Shown: positions 28,078 to 38,699 of the stretch, piece by piece
How positions within the stretch are numbered: position 1 is the first letter of the stretch
Layout: every line of letters begins with the position of its first letter
Virus record (IMG/VR): IMGVR_UViG_2684623050_000001
Span: 53,698-117,697 of that record
Reading direction: 5' to 3' (one strand)
DNA length: 64,000 nt
Origin: a virus
Lineage: Duplodnaviria > Caudoviricetes
Position numbers and translations under genes: made by a program
Notes under the pieces: model-generated
Seen by the model: only the letters and a program-made list of their open reading frames with translations
Databases searched by the model: none
Told to the model about the DNA's origin: nothing

Positions 28078-28162
28078 TCATCCTCTCAATGTGCAAACGC
28101 TCTCGCGTCACTCTGTTATAGCGACGCGAGAGCGGCAGTTCAGTCAGTGCTGACTGGTTTCT

Positions 28163-29686
28163 TTAGGCAGCCTTCAGGTGCTTCGAGAGGGCCTTGCGGC
28201 ACATCTTGAGCTCCTTCTCGATCTCCCGCAGCGACTTGCCGGCCTTGTGGAGCTCGGTCGCCTTGAGGAGCTTCTCGGCGTAGGTGAGCACCGTGCTGAC
28301 CTCGGCCGGGGCAGGGGCCTTCTGGGCGAACGCCGGCTTGGCGACCTTCTTCGGCTTCGACTTGCGCTTGGGCGCGTTGACGATCTCCTTCACCAGGCTG
28401 TTGGTGATGGCGAAGTCGCCGAACTTCTTGGTGCGCAGCACCAGGCGCCCGGTCTTGCCGTCGTCACGGGTGGCCGCGACCTCGTAGTCGCCGTCGTCCA
28501 GCTTCTTCGAGCCCCTGATCCGCACCCAGTTGCCGGGGATCGCACGATCCCAGGCCGTCTGCGCCTTGGGCTTCTCGGGCACCACCGGCGCCGGGGCAGG
28601 GGAGGGCGCAGCCTCGGTGCCCTTCAGCTCCTCGCCGAGCTTGGCCTTGACCGCCTTGGCGTCGATCTTGGGCCGCTCCTCGATCTTGCGAACCGGGTTG
28701 AGCGCGGCCGGCAGACCAGGAGCGGCGCCGGTCTGAGTGACGGTGAGCGCGGTCTCCTTGTCCTTCACGAAGGAGCCGCCCACGACGACCTCTTCGAGCA
28801 CACCGACGTGATTGCCGGCGACGACGTTGGCGACGATGCCCCGCGCCTCCTTGGCAGTCAGCGCTGACTTATACTCCGAGACAGCCTTGTGAGCGGAGCC
28901 GTCGAGCAGCGCGACCAGGTGGTAGGCCGAGCAGCGCATCTTGCCGCCGTTGTAGTTCTCCGGGATCGCGATGACGTCGGCGGGATCGACCTTCACCAAG
29001 AAGACGGAATCGCCATACTGGCCGTAGCTCGCCGAGCAGACGTGCAGGCCGGAGCCGCACTGCGCACGGTCGACGCGGATCTTGTCGAGCGGCATCGAGA
29101 CGCGCGAGCCGAGACGCTGCATAACCCGGCCGGTGTGATGGTCGGCGAAGGTGTCGGGGCCCTTCTTGTCGAGGAACTTGTAGAGGACGATGCAGCCGTC
29201 GTCGGCGATCGGCAGATCCATCTTCTTCACGAAGGCGAGGAGCTCGTCCGCGGTGTGCTTGTGGTCGAGACGAGCGAAGCGCTCCAGGAACCGGGTGAGG
29301 CTGGTGCCGCCGTTCATCGCGGTGTCCTCGATCGCCTTCTCCAGCGCCGAAGCGTCCTCGATCTTGACGCCGGCAGCGGTCGAGATCGCGAGCTTGGAGA
29401 CGCCGTTCTCGACCTTCTCCTCGACCGTGACCGCGCCGCCCGTGACCTCGGCGATGCGCTTGGCGAGGCTGAACTGGTCGAGGTCGATCTCGATGCAGGC
29501 GCTCAGATCACTGCCGGACGCAGCAGCTTCGGCCGTCGCCTTGGCGAGCGGCACGAGCACCGCGTCCAGAATCGCCGCAGTGCGCCAGCTCTCCTGGCCG
29601 AACACCTGGCTCTTGCCGTCGGACGTGAAGAGAGTCACGCCGTTCTTGGAGACGATCGCTCCGGAAACGCAGATCTTGTTGCTCAC
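28163..29686 (-). CDS. rIIB: rIIB-like protein
   Basis: PIADDGCIVLYK, DHHTG, CGSGLHVCS, VKVDPADVIAIP; follows rIIA. Confidence 0.8.
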   Translation of the reverse strand: MSNKICVSGAIVSKNGVTLFTSDGKSQVFGQESWRTAAILDAVLVPLAKATAEAAASGSDLSACIEIDLDQFSLAKRIAEVTGGAVTVEEKVENGVSKLAISTAAGVKIEDASALEKAIEDTAMNGGTSLTRFLERFARLDHKHTADELLAFVKKMDLPIADDGCIVLYKFLDKKGPDTFADHHTGRVMQRLGSRVSMPLDKIRVDRAQCGSGLHVCSASYGQYGDSVFLVKVDPADVIAIPENYNGGKMRCSAYHLVALLDGSAHKAVSEYKSALTAKEARGIVANVVAGNHVGVLEEVVVGGSFVKDKETALTVTQTGAAPGLPAALNPVRKIEERPKIDAKAVKAKLGEELKGTEAAPSPAPAPVVPEKPKAQTAWDRAIPGNWVRIRGSKKLDDGDYEVAATRDDGKTGRLVLRTKKFGDFAITNSLVKEIVNAPKRKSKPKKVAKPAFAQKAPAPAEVSTVLTYAEKLLKATELHKAGKSLREIEKELKMCRKALSKHLKAA

Positions 29687-32060
29687 TTGCTGTTCTCCTT
29701 GCGGGAAATGTAACGCTGACCCAACTGTTCAGCGAAATCGAGGAAGTCTTCGCGCTGCGTCTGGGTCATCATGAGGAACTTCGACTTGTCGAAGACTTCC
29801 AGCAATCCCAGGTGCTCGACGCGGGTCTGAAGAGGCTCCCGTCCTTGAAGCCGGTGGCCTCAAGCTCGCAGACGATGTTGCGGTATTCCTCAACGAGCTT
29901 GAGGATCTCGGTGGACTCGGACTTGTCGAGATGGTCCGAGGAAGCCCAGCGCTGATGCAGGACGGTCTTCGCCATCAGCCACCAGGTCCAGGCGTCGTCG
30001 CGATCCGCGTCGTCGGTGTAGGGCTCACGCACAGCGGCGTGAGCGAAGCGACGCGAATGGGCGATCATCATGCCGGCGAGCTCCGAACCCATCTTGCTCG
30101 GGTTCGAGGCGAGCAGCGCCAGCTTCACGTAGAGGGCCTCGTAGGGCTTGTTCAGCGCGAGCCGGGCGCGGAGCTTCTCCAGGACCAGCGTTTCCAGACG
30201 CGGGATGTTCTGGCCCTGCAAAAAGTCCATGTCGGACCGCTTCCAAATCATTGCTACCTCGCCGATGTGCTTCTTGATGAGATCCAATACCAAATGCGCG
30301 TTGGGCGGCTGTCGGGTCAGGTAAAACGCGGGCTTGTAGTCGACAGATGTTGCCTTCACGCCGAAGTAGGCGGCCGGCATGAAGATGCGGGGAGAGACGT
30401 GGCACTCGCGGGTCGCGTAGAGCGTGATATCGTCCTTCGAGTAGGTCTCGCGGTCGCGATACTGGTCCCACGAAAGCTTGATGAAGCGAGGCGGGCAGGG
30501 CGGTCCGAACTGCTCCTTCGGCTTCTCGGCCTCGGGAATCACCTTCACAGCCGGCTTGAGGTCGATGACCTCGATGCCGAGCTTCTTCCCCTGCTCCAGA
30601 ATGACCTTGCGCTGGCTCTCCTTGAGCTTGCCGATCAGGATGTAGCCGCGCTCGGCCTTCCTCGCCTCGATCTTGTTCTGGGCGAGGAAGATGCGGGGCT
30701 TCCGCCAGCGGCCGTGAAAGCTGTAGGTGCGGTCCCGGTCGGGCTTGTTGGCCGCAATGGGCTTCTCGCGCTGCGTCACCTTGATGTGCAGGAGCTTCAG
30801 CACGTCGGCCTTGGTCGCGAGCCGCGCCACCGAGCGCTTGGCGTATTCGGTGGCGTCCCGCTCGAACGAGAAGCCCCGGCCGTGCTTGTGGCTCGCGATC
30901 TGCCGCAGGCCCCTCCGGCGATGCTTCATCGTGCCGAGGAAGATCTTCGCCTGCTCGCGCTCGGAGAAGCCGCGATTCGACATCACGTAGAGGGCGTAGC
31001 CGCGCGCGATCGCCTCGATGCCGGTGAGGAGCTTCTCGTTCTCGTTCTGCGCCTCGATATAGACCTTCTCGGCCGGCAGCTTGTTGCGCTTGGCGTCCTT
31101 GTAGGCCTCCTTCAGGAAGCCCTTCAGGTAGTGGTTCACCCGACCCTGGCAGCGGCCGACGACGCCTGCCAGCACCTTCTTGAGCGTGCCGACCGTCTGA
31201 TCGTTGTAGGACAACGCCTCGCGCGAGGGTGTGACCGAGATCGAGGACGGCGGGGCGTAGATGATGAAGGAGCGGTTGTTGAAGGTCATATCGCGCAGCC
31301 GCGAGATGTAGGCTTGAAGCTCCTCGTGCGTGTCCAGCGGGTAGAGAACGTTGGCGTAGAGGACCTGGACCTTCGCGATGTTGCGGCGCGACAGGTAGCC
31401 GAGGCCGAAGCCGTTGCGCTTGAGCTCCGTGTAGTCGGGCGCGCTGAGACGCTCGCCGTTGAGGTCGACGACCATGCCGCCTTCCTGAACGACCTGCTTG
31501 AGCGCGCTCTCGATCTTGTCGCGCATGCCGACGGCCAGCGGCACCGAGACCGTCAGGCCGGTCCCATCGGTGCGCGACTTCATCATGACCTTGGCGCCGG
31601 GCGTGCCGTTCGTGGTCGGGTCGCCGACGTGCATCGCGTAGAGGGTCGAGATGCCCTGGTGACGCGAGATCACGGTGAAGTGGTCGGAGATCGCGAACGG
31701 GGCCTTGGAGCCGAGGCCGAAGCCGCCCGTCTGGTTGTCCTGGCCCTCCTTCGTCGAGGCGAAGAGGGTGCAGTAGATGTCGGCGATGCGGTCGTCGGCG
31801 ATGCCGGGGCCCTGGTCCTCGACGATCAGCTCGTCGTCCGAGAGCGTCACCTTGACCGGCTCGCTCTCCTTGCCGACCATCGCGTGCGCGTCGATGGCGT
31901 TGCAGACGATCTCTCGGACCGCGGCACGCTCCTTGTCGCGGTAGAGGCTGTCGGACATGATCTTGAAGGCCGCAGCAGACGCCTTCACCTGGAAGGCGTG
32001 CGTCTTGCCGCCTCCGATGATGACGTGGCTGTCCGGCTCAGTGACGTGGGTCACTTGCAT
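29683..32060 (-). CDS. rIIA: rIIA-like protein (GHKL ATPase N-terminus) with apparent frameshift near 29840
   Basis: SLYRDKERAAVREIVCNAIDAH, DQGPGI, GGFGLGSKAPF; in-frame stop at 29769, alternative frame ends at 29683 overlapping the rIIB start. Confidence 0.8.
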
Positions 32061-32098
32061 GGGCGCGTCTCTCGCTCTCTGTGTGTGCGCTGCGCGTC

Positions 32099-32162
32099 TC
32101 AGTCAGCGCTGACTGACTTGTTATAGCGACAAAATCGCGGCGTTTCAGTCAGCGCTGAGTGA
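32099..32162 (-). promoter_or_regulatory. Type example: GCCG-N10-GCTATA promoter bracketed by two TCAGTCA-N4-TGACTGA operators
   Basis: Operators at 32099 and 32145; TATAGC at 32122, CGGC at 32138; family of 29 operators and ~16 promoters listed under findings. Confidence 0.85.
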
Positions 32163-32165
32163 TTT

Positions 32166-32768
32166 TTAATGGAGCGACAAGGACGCCTTCTCCTCGCCCC
32201 ACTCCTTCATCGAGCGGACGATGACCTCGGTGCAGTCCTTGGCCCGGTCCTCCAGATCCGTCCGGAAGATGTGGGCCACGTTGGCGTGGTCGATCATCAT
32301 CGCCAGGCCCTCGCAGACCATCTGGTGATGCCACTGGTAGCCGAGGTTCGCCGGCGCCTTGCCCTCGGCCTCCTCGTAGAAGGGGAGGGGACGCAGGATC
32401 AGCACCGTGTCGAAGAACTGGTCGGTCAGGTGGACGGCCCGATCGACGTAGGCCTTGACCCGCTCACCCAGCTCCGCGTGATCGTGCATGCGGATGTCGG
32501 CGAGCAGGTAGCCGGCGAGACACAGCGGCGTCCGGTCGGTGATCGCCGGCCGTGGCAGCTTGCGCATCATCTCCTCGTAGTGATCGAGGTAGGCCTCCTG
32601 CGCGTCGATGCGGACGGAGAAGGGGAGGGTGGGGTCGACGAGGTTGAAGCCCTTCTCCTTCATGATCTCGGCCGTGTTGAACGTGTGGTAGTGAAGGCTC
32701 AGGCCTTCCGAGAGCAGCCGGCAGAGCGTGGACTTGCCGGTGCGGCTCGCTCCTGCGAATCCGAACAT
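32166..32768 (-). CDS. P-loop nucleotide kinase-like protein (AAA_28-like)
   Basis: GASRTGKST, ITDRTP. Confidence 0.7.
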   Translation of the reverse strand: MFGFAGASRTGKSTLCRLLSEGLSLHYHTFNTAEIMKEKGFNLVDPTLPFSVRIDAQEAYLDHYEEMMRKLPRPAITDRTPLCLAGYLLADIRMHDHAELGERVKAYVDRAVHLTDQFFDTVLILRPLPFYEEAEGKAPANLGYQWHHQMVCEGLAMMIDHANVAHIFRTDLEDRAKDCTEVIVRSMKEWGEEKASLSLH

Positions 32769-33022
32769 GGTAAACCTTTGTATGGCTTGTAGAATTTCCC
32801 AAACCGCTTGGTTTGGATGAAGCGATTGACGGGCGTGAAGTCCTGCTCCCCGCCCGTCTTCGACGAGACGCGGGCGACCTCGACCTCGATCACACGCTGA
32901 AGACCGCACACCGTCTGTTTGCGGCGCACGGTCTCCAGTCGGTCGATGCGGACGAGCCGAAGCTCGTCCGTGTGACGTGGGTAGAGGTCGCGCCAGATCT
33001 GACCGACGCGAACCGGGGTCAC
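32699..33022 (-). CDS. Hypothetical protein
   Basis: VRVGQIWRD SH3-like start; GTGA coupling. Confidence 0.55.
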   Translation of the reverse strand: MTPVRVGQIWRDLYPRHTDELRLVRIDRLETVRRKQTVCGLQRVIEVEVARVSSKTGGEQDFTPVNRFIQTKRFGKFYKPYKGLPCSDSQERAAPASPRSAGCSRKA

Positions 33023-33693
33023 GCGGCGTTACCCTTCACGATGGCCGCAGCGGCTTCCTCGGGCTCGGCTTCGAGCCACTTGGTCCCGAGGCCACCCGGC
33101 AACGCAACGAACTCAGCAGCGCGATTATCGCAGCGACGCGCGAGCATGCCGCCCGGTCGCATCTGCTCGCGGATCACGTCGCCGACGAGACCCCGCGACG
33201 CGCCGTCGGCAGCGCGAAGGATGCCGCCCGAGGCGAACCCGCCGACGCCGGTTGAACCGAACCCACCGGTGCCGCGCTCCGTCTCGTCGAGCTCCTCGAC
33301 CTCATCGAAGATCGCGCGGTAGACAGGCACGATCACGCCCTGCGCGATGCGGTCGCCGGGCTTGACCACGAACTGCTGGTGCGTGGTGTTGTGGATCACG
33401 ACACCGATGCCGCCGCGGTAGTCCGCGTCGATCACGCCCGGCCCGTTGTGGACGGTGATGCCGGACTTGGCCGACAGGCCGGAGCGCGGGCAGACCAGCA
33501 GCGCCAGGCTCGCCGGCAGGGCGATCGCGATGCCGGTCGGGAACAGCTTGTGCTCGCCGGGCGCCACGACGCTCGCATGCGGGATGTCGGCGTGCAGATC
33601 CATACCGGCCGCGAAGTCGGAGCCGTAGACGGGCAGGATCGCGGTCTCGGTGAGACGCTTCACCTGGAGACGGAAAGGGGCGACGGCGTTCAA
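33019..33693 (-). CDS. dut: Trimeric dUTPase with C-terminal extension
   Basis: AGMDL, PRSGL, GVIDADYRG, GDRIAQ, RGTGGFGSTG. Confidence 0.95.
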   Translation of the reverse strand: MNAVAPFRLQVKRLTETAILPVYGSDFAAGMDLHADIPHASVVAPGEHKLFPTGIAIALPASLALLVCPRSGLSAKSGITVHNGPGVIDADYRGGIGVVIHNTTHQQFVVKPGDRIAQGVIVPVYRAIFDEVEELDETERGTGGFGSTGVGGFASGGILRAADGASRGLVGDVIREQMRPGGMLARRCDNRAAEFVALPGGLGTKWLEAEPEEAAAAIVKGNAA

Positions 33694-33974
33694 GCGGCTT
33701 CTCCGACGATGATCTTGGCGCGCTGCTCGGCGGCCTTGAGGGCGAAATCACTGCCGGCGAGGACGGCTTCCTCGTCGGTGTCGAAGGGGCCGTGCAGGAC
33801 CACCTTCATCTTGGTGCCGATGTCAGCGAGTGTGACCTCGGGCATGAAGAAGAAGTAGAAGCCCGCGGGCTGCTCCTCTCCTTGCGGGACCTCGGTGATC
33901 TGGACGGGGACACGGGCGAACGTCGCGCCCGTGCCCTCATCGACCAGCTCAACGAACTCGGTTCTCGTGCTCAT
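33690..33974 (-). CDS. Hypothetical protein
   Basis: HGPFDT motif; follows operator 33985. Confidence 0.65.
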   Translation of the reverse strand: MSTRTEFVELVDEGTGATFARVPVQITEVPQGEEQPAGFYFFFMPEVTLADIGTKMKVVLHGPFDTDEEAVLAGSDFALKAAEQRAKIIVGEAA

Positions 33975-34004
33975 TGAACCCTCGTTAGTCAGTAGTGACT
34001 GAAA

Positions 34005-34532
34005 TTACTTCTCGGCGTTGGAGATCACCAGCGGCTCCACGCGCAGCCGGATCGGCTTGTCGCTGTAGAGATACTGGCCGGACCACTGCCGATACTCGTC
34101 GTTGACCGTCCGGTAGAAGATGTATTCTCCGGACGAGCCCCAGGTGCCCTCGTCGGAGGGCGTCTGGTCGAGCGTGTAGGCGTAGCTCGGGCCGGCGTCG
34201 TTGCGCTTGATCGCCGTCGGCTTGGTCAGGCGCTTCGAGCCGGACGTCACCTTACCCTTCACGACGTCGTAGGCGATCGGCTGACCCGCCTGGTTCATCA
34301 GCACGATGTAGCCGATGGCGCCGGGCTTCGAGGTCAGCTCGATGCGCCAGCGGATGTTGTCGATCTCGGCGTTCTCGGTGAACGAGATGGCGTTGGCCGC
34401 TTCCTGGGCCTTGCGGGACTGCTCGTTCTTGACGGTGTTGGTCTGGGACGTCGCCGGCATATTGCAGGCGCCGAGGGCGAGAGCGAGGCTGGCGAGCGCC
34501 AGGCCGGGGAAGAAGGAACGACGGAACGGCAT
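34005..34532 (-). CDS. Lipoprotein
   Basis: Lipobox LALGAC. Confidence 0.75.
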   Translation of the reverse strand: MPFRRSFFPGLALASLALALGACNMPATSQTNTVKNEQSRKAQEAANAISFTENAEIDNIRWRIELTSKPGAIGYIVLMNQAGQPIAYDVVKGKVTSGSKRLTKPTAIKRNDAGPSYAYTLDQTPSDEGTWGSSGEYIFYRTVNDEYRQWSGQYLYSDKPIRLRVEPLVISNAEK

Positions 34533-34539
34533 GGACGGA

Positions 34540-34947
34540 TCAGACCTCGCAAGCAGCGGCGTTGAGGGATTCGGGCGCGTCGGCGCGGAAGATGGCCTTG
34601 TTCATCTTCGAGGCGTCGGCGTTGTAGCGGGCGGCGATGTCCCGGCAGGACTGCTGCTGGCCGAAGAACTCGGTCCGCAGGTAGACCCGCTCCTTCGGGT
34701 CGGTCTCGGCGTCGAGCGCCTTCTTGTGCGCCCGGAGCTGGGCGACGCGGGCGTCGAAGACCTTGTTCAGGTCGCGGAACCGCTCGTAGGACGAGATGAT
34801 GTTGTTGGTCTCCAGCGTCTTGCTGATGACCCGGCCGGGCGCCGTCGCGACGCTACCGATCGTGCCGACGGTCGAGGCGACGATGCCCAGACCGCCGAGA
34901 GCGACGATCCCGACGATGCAGTAGCCGAAAAGCTTGGTGGGGCTCAC
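34540..34947 (-). CDS. Membrane-anchored protein
   Basis: GTG start with AAGGAG RBS; N-terminal TM helix. Confidence 0.7.
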   Translation of the reverse strand: MSPTKLFGYCIVGIVALGGLGIVASTVGTIGSVATAPGRVISKTLETNNIISSYERFRDLNKVFDARVAQLRAHKKALDAETDPKERVYLRTEFFGQQQSCRDIAARYNADASKMNKAIFRADAPESLNAAACEV

Positions 34948-34972
34948 AGATTTCTCCTTCGCTAGATAGCGG

Positions 34973-35851
34973 TTAAGCGGCTTCGCGGACGTCGACGTTG
35001 CCGTCGTAGTCCTGATCGAAGACGGCCTCGTTCGCGAGAAGCTTGCGGTGCTGAATCCAGCCGCGCAGGTTCCCGTGAAGGTGCGGGTTCTTCCAGGGCC
35101 GCTTCGTGAGGCCGGTGGAAATGTCGGGCGTCGCCTGGTGCTCGGCCGGCGAGGCGTGAACGGGCTTCGAGACGACGAGACGCTCGTAGCGGGCGAGCTC
35201 GGCCTTGAAGTCGCCGTTGCCGTCGAACGGCTCGATCGTGAGCCGCGCGCAGCGGGCGGTGGAGAGGACCAGGAGCTCCTGCACCGTGAGCGTGCCGCGC
35301 TCGTTCTCGGAGCAGTAGGGCAGGTGCCACTGACCGTTCTGGAGCAGGCGCGGGCTCGACAGCGCCATCGCGGCGTCAATCTGGCCCGCAAGCACCTGGA
35401 TCTCGGGCTGGGCGCCGGCATCGAGACGCAGGGCGAAGAAATTCTCCCAGTCGGTCGAGGTCACGAGGACGTCGATCGAGCCGAACCATTCGAGCGGCCG
35501 GTTGGCCCACTGCTTATGCAGGCCGACGCCGGTCAGGATGCGCACGCCGAGCTTGGTCATGTGGGCCATGCCGAGCCAAGTCGCCTGGGCGACGAACTTG
35601 CGCCAGCCGGTCATCTTCTCGACCGAAGCCATGCCCGGACGGTTCATCTCGTAGCCGAGCGGCTGGACGATCGACTCCTGCAAGAGCCGCTTGACGGGCA
35701 CCGCGCGCGAGGAGCGGCCGTTCCGCGAGAAGACGCGGTGGGTCATGAACTCGGCGTGGATGAAGCGCGGGTAGCGCAGGTGAAGCGTGGTCAGACGAAC
35801 GCCGTCGGGCGACAGGCTGTCCTCGATCACGCGAGCAAAGATCGTGTTCAC
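34973..35851 (-). CDS. thyX: Flavin-dependent thymidylate synthase
   Basis: THRVFSRNGRSSR, HKQWANR, LRLDAGAQPEI, HASPAEH. Confidence 0.88.
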   Translation of the reverse strand: MNTIFARVIEDSLSPDGVRLTTLHLRYPRFIHAEFMTHRVFSRNGRSSRAVPVKRLLQESIVQPLGYEMNRPGMASVEKMTGWRKFVAQATWLGMAHMTKLGVRILTGVGLHKQWANRPLEWFGSIDVLVTSTDWENFFALRLDAGAQPEIQVLAGQIDAAMALSSPRLLQNGQWHLPYCSENERGTLTVQELLVLSTARCARLTIEPFDGNGDFKAELARYERLVVSKPVHASPAEHQATPDISTGLTKRPWKNPHLHGNLRGWIQHRKLLANEAVFDQDYDGNVDVREAA

Positions 35852-36023
35852 GTTGATGTCCTCTATGTGCGGGAAGGGGAGGAGCGTTGGGCCGAGGGCG
35901 CACCTGCAAACCCTCGCTCCTCCCCGGTGCCTGTTCCCAGGCAGCGCTGCGTGTCTCAGTCAGCGCTGACTGATTTGTTATAGCGAGCGAGACGCGGCGT
36001 TTCGCTCGAAAAAGTGCGGAAGC

Positions 36024-38612
36024 TTACGCTGCCGCCTTCTCGTCCTCGTCGCCCTCGCGGAAGTCGATCGGGCAGGCGCCGGCCCCGCAATCGACGTGCT
36101 CGAAGCCGATCTCCTCCTTGACCGCGTTGTCGTTCGCGATCTCAGCGGCGATCTTCTCGAACTCCAGCTTCGTGACCGGCTGCTCGGGCTGATACTCGTA
36201 GGCCGTGGTGTCGGACTGCGGCATCACCGAGCAGCAACGGATCGAGAACTGGCCCTCGATCAGCGTGGTCAGGAACTGGTCGAAGCTGACGGTCTTCGGG
36301 TCATACTTCAACGTGTAGCTGATCTGGTTCCCGGACTCCTCCAGCGGGGTCTCGCCGTCATCGTCCACGCCCGTGAGCCAATACTTCTCCAGCAGGCGCA
36401 GGAACTGATACTGCTCCTCCGGGGTCGCCTCGGCCGCGGTCACGACCCATTCCCCACCGTCCAGTTCGCAGATCGTGGGCTTGGTCGGGAAGCCGACGAT
36501 CGTGGTGCCGGAGTAGGACTTGAGCTCGCGAACCGGGTAGCCCTTCTCGCGATAGACCTGGATCAGCGGGTCATCGTGACGGAACTGCACCCAGCGCAGG
36601 AACTCGCGCATCGACGGCAGGTGCGCGCCCTCGGTCAGGCCGAACAGCTTCGACGTGGTGCCGGCCGGCTTGAACGTCGTGTTCGTGTGCGGCACGACCA
36701 CGCCGAGCTCCTCGGCATACTCCTCGGCCTCCTCGACGATCGCCCGCTTGAAGCGCGAGACGGTCTGCCAGAGCTCCTGCGACTTCTCCTCGTCGATCAG
36801 GTCGTGCCAGGTGAAGCCGAAGCGAGCGTAGGCCCACTCGTGGAAGCCCGTCATGCCGACGCCGATGCGGTTCGTGCGCTTGACCTCGCGGCCGTAGAGG
36901 CAGTCCATCAGGTTCGTGCGCATCAGCATGCGAACGGCCGTCCGGAAGGCGTCCTCGGCGTCGTCGTCCCAGGCCCAGAGCCGCTGATCGGCCGAGAGAT
37001 CCTGGTCGTTGCGCCAGAGCGTCCCGGCGTGGAACGGAACGACGTCCGCGATCACGCAGTAGGCGCCGAGCATCAGCAGGCAGATCTCGCCGCAGGGGTT
37101 CGTAATCATCGGCCAACCCATGCGGGCGCAGGCCATGACCAGATCCTTCATGAGCGGCAGGGTCTCGGGGTCGAGCTGGAACTTGGCGCTCTCGGCGACG
37201 AGACCGTCGAGGTAGCTGTCGAGCCCGTCCATCTTCCGGGTCAGCTTGTCCTGGTTGATGAAGCCCGGCTCGCCCGTGCCGTCGTGATAGGCGGCATGCG
37301 CAGCCGCACGCAGCACGCGGTAGGCGTGAGCCTCGTCCTCGGTGATGCGGGCGAAGAAGCCGAACGCCCGGCCCTTACGCAGAGCCTGGAGACGCGCTTC
37401 GAGGATCGGGCCGTCGGCGTAGCCGGCGCACATCGCATGGACCTTGCGGACCGCGGTCCGGAACTCCTCGTCGATCGTGACCGAGTTGTTCGAGCTCCAG
37501 AGGAAGCCGCCCCGCTTGATCGAGATGAAGTCGAGGACGGAGCGATCCTTCCAGAACTTCGTCGCCATGCGAGCAGCGCGACGGGCACCGCCCACGAGCA
37601 CGCACTCGGCCGCGTAGTGGTCGGCGTAGAGAGCGGCCAGCCACGGGGCCATGCCGGCGTCACGGACGGCCGCGATCGACTTCACCGCACCCATCAGCGG
37701 GCCCGGACCCGACGCGGGGCGCCCCTGCATACCCATGATCGGGGCGCCGTTCGGACGGACATCCGAGAAGTCGAGGATCAGGACCTCCTCGCGGCGACGC
37801 TCGAAGGCGAAGCGCTCGATGATCTCGATGGCCTTGGCCCAGCCCTCGCGGCTGTCGGGCACCTTGAACGTCGTGATCTTGCGGCCCTGGTAGAGATGAC
37901 GCGCGTCACGCTCGGTCAGGAAGCCGGTGATCTTGCCCGAGGCTACGTCGTCGTGACCCCAGCCGATGACCGGGACGACGATCGGCATCTGGTTGAGATC
38001 GGCGCGGATCATCGCGTCGGAGTAGTCGCGGCCGACGCCCGAGCCGTTCAGCAGCAGGTAGAACAGCAGGAAGGTGGTCGCCGAGGTCGAGCAGTTGGTG
38101 AAGACCTCCATGTTGCGCGTGCGCTGGGTCTCGTCGCCGTGCTGCAGGTGCCGGCCGGACATGAGCAGCGAGGCCTGGCGCAGGTGATGATGCGAGCGGT
38201 CGAACTCGCGCGCCCAGGCGGGCGGGTTGCTCGTCCATTCCTCGTTGGTGCTGGTCGCCTCGGGGTCGAAGTCGGGCGACAGCATCGCGTTGCCGATCGC
38301 GACGCGGCGCGCCACGTCGGCCCATTCCTCCATCTCGATCTTCTCGTGCGGGATGAACCAGCCCTGCACGCGCTCGCCGTCGCCCGAGTCCACGAAATAC
38401 TCGGTCGGCGTGCCGTAGCCCTGCGCCTTGGCGAAGCGGGCGATCTGGCTGTCGAGGGAGGTCTTGTCGTCGCGCGGGATGTCGAAGGTGACGACGGTCT
38501 CGGCCGAGACGGGCTTCTTGATCTTGCGGTTCACGGTCCGGTCGGCGACCGCCTGCCCCATGCCGGGGAAGTAGGAGCGCGCTTCGGGAATGAGGGTGTT
38601 GGTGGACGTCAT
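36024..38612 (-). CDS. nrdJ: Ribonucleotide reductase, probably class II (B12-dependent)
   Basis: TNPCGEI, KPAGTTS, GPGPL, C-terminal CGAGACP; no nrdB nearby. Confidence 0.8.
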   Translation of the reverse strand: MTSTNTLIPEARSYFPGMGQAVADRTVNRKIKKPVSAETVVTFDIPRDDKTSLDSQIARFAKAQGYGTPTEYFVDSGDGERVQGWFIPHEKIEMEEWADVARRVAIGNAMLSPDFDPEATSTNEEWTSNPPAWAREFDRSHHHLRQASLLMSGRHLQHGDETQRTRNMEVFTNCSTSATTFLLFYLLLNGSGVGRDYSDAMIRADLNQMPIVVPVIGWGHDDVASGKITGFLTERDARHLYQGRKITTFKVPDSREGWAKAIEIIERFAFERRREEVLILDFSDVRPNGAPIMGMQGRPASGPGPLMGAVKSIAAVRDAGMAPWLAALYADHYAAECVLVGGARRAARMATKFWKDRSVLDFISIKRGGFLWSSNNSVTIDEEFRTAVRKVHAMCAGYADGPILEARLQALRKGRAFGFFARITEDEAHAYRVLRAAAHAAYHDGTGEPGFINQDKLTRKMDGLDSYLDGLVAESAKFQLDPETLPLMKDLVMACARMGWPMITNPCGEICLLMLGAYCVIADVVPFHAGTLWRNDQDLSADQRLWAWDDDAEDAFRTAVRMLMRTNLMDCLYGREVKRTNRIGVGMTGFHEWAYARFGFTWHDLIDEEKSQELWQTVSRFKRAIVEEAEEYAEELGVVVPHTNTTFKPAGTTSKLFGLTEGAHLPSMREFLRWVQFRHDDPLIQVYREKGYPVRELKSYSGTTIVGFPTKPTICELDGGEWVVTAAEATPEEQYQFLRLLEKYWLTGVDDDGETPLEESGNQISYTLKYDPKTVSFDQFLTTLIEGQFSIRCCSVMPQSDTTAYEYQPEQPVTKLEFEKIAAEIANDNAVKEEIGFEHVDCGAGACPIDFREGDEDEKAAA

Positions 38613-38699
38613 CGTGTTGCTTCTTGCTCTCGGTTCAGAGGGGCACGCATCGTAAATAAGTCAGTGATGACTGACCATTCTTGACACGCGAAAAACGGC

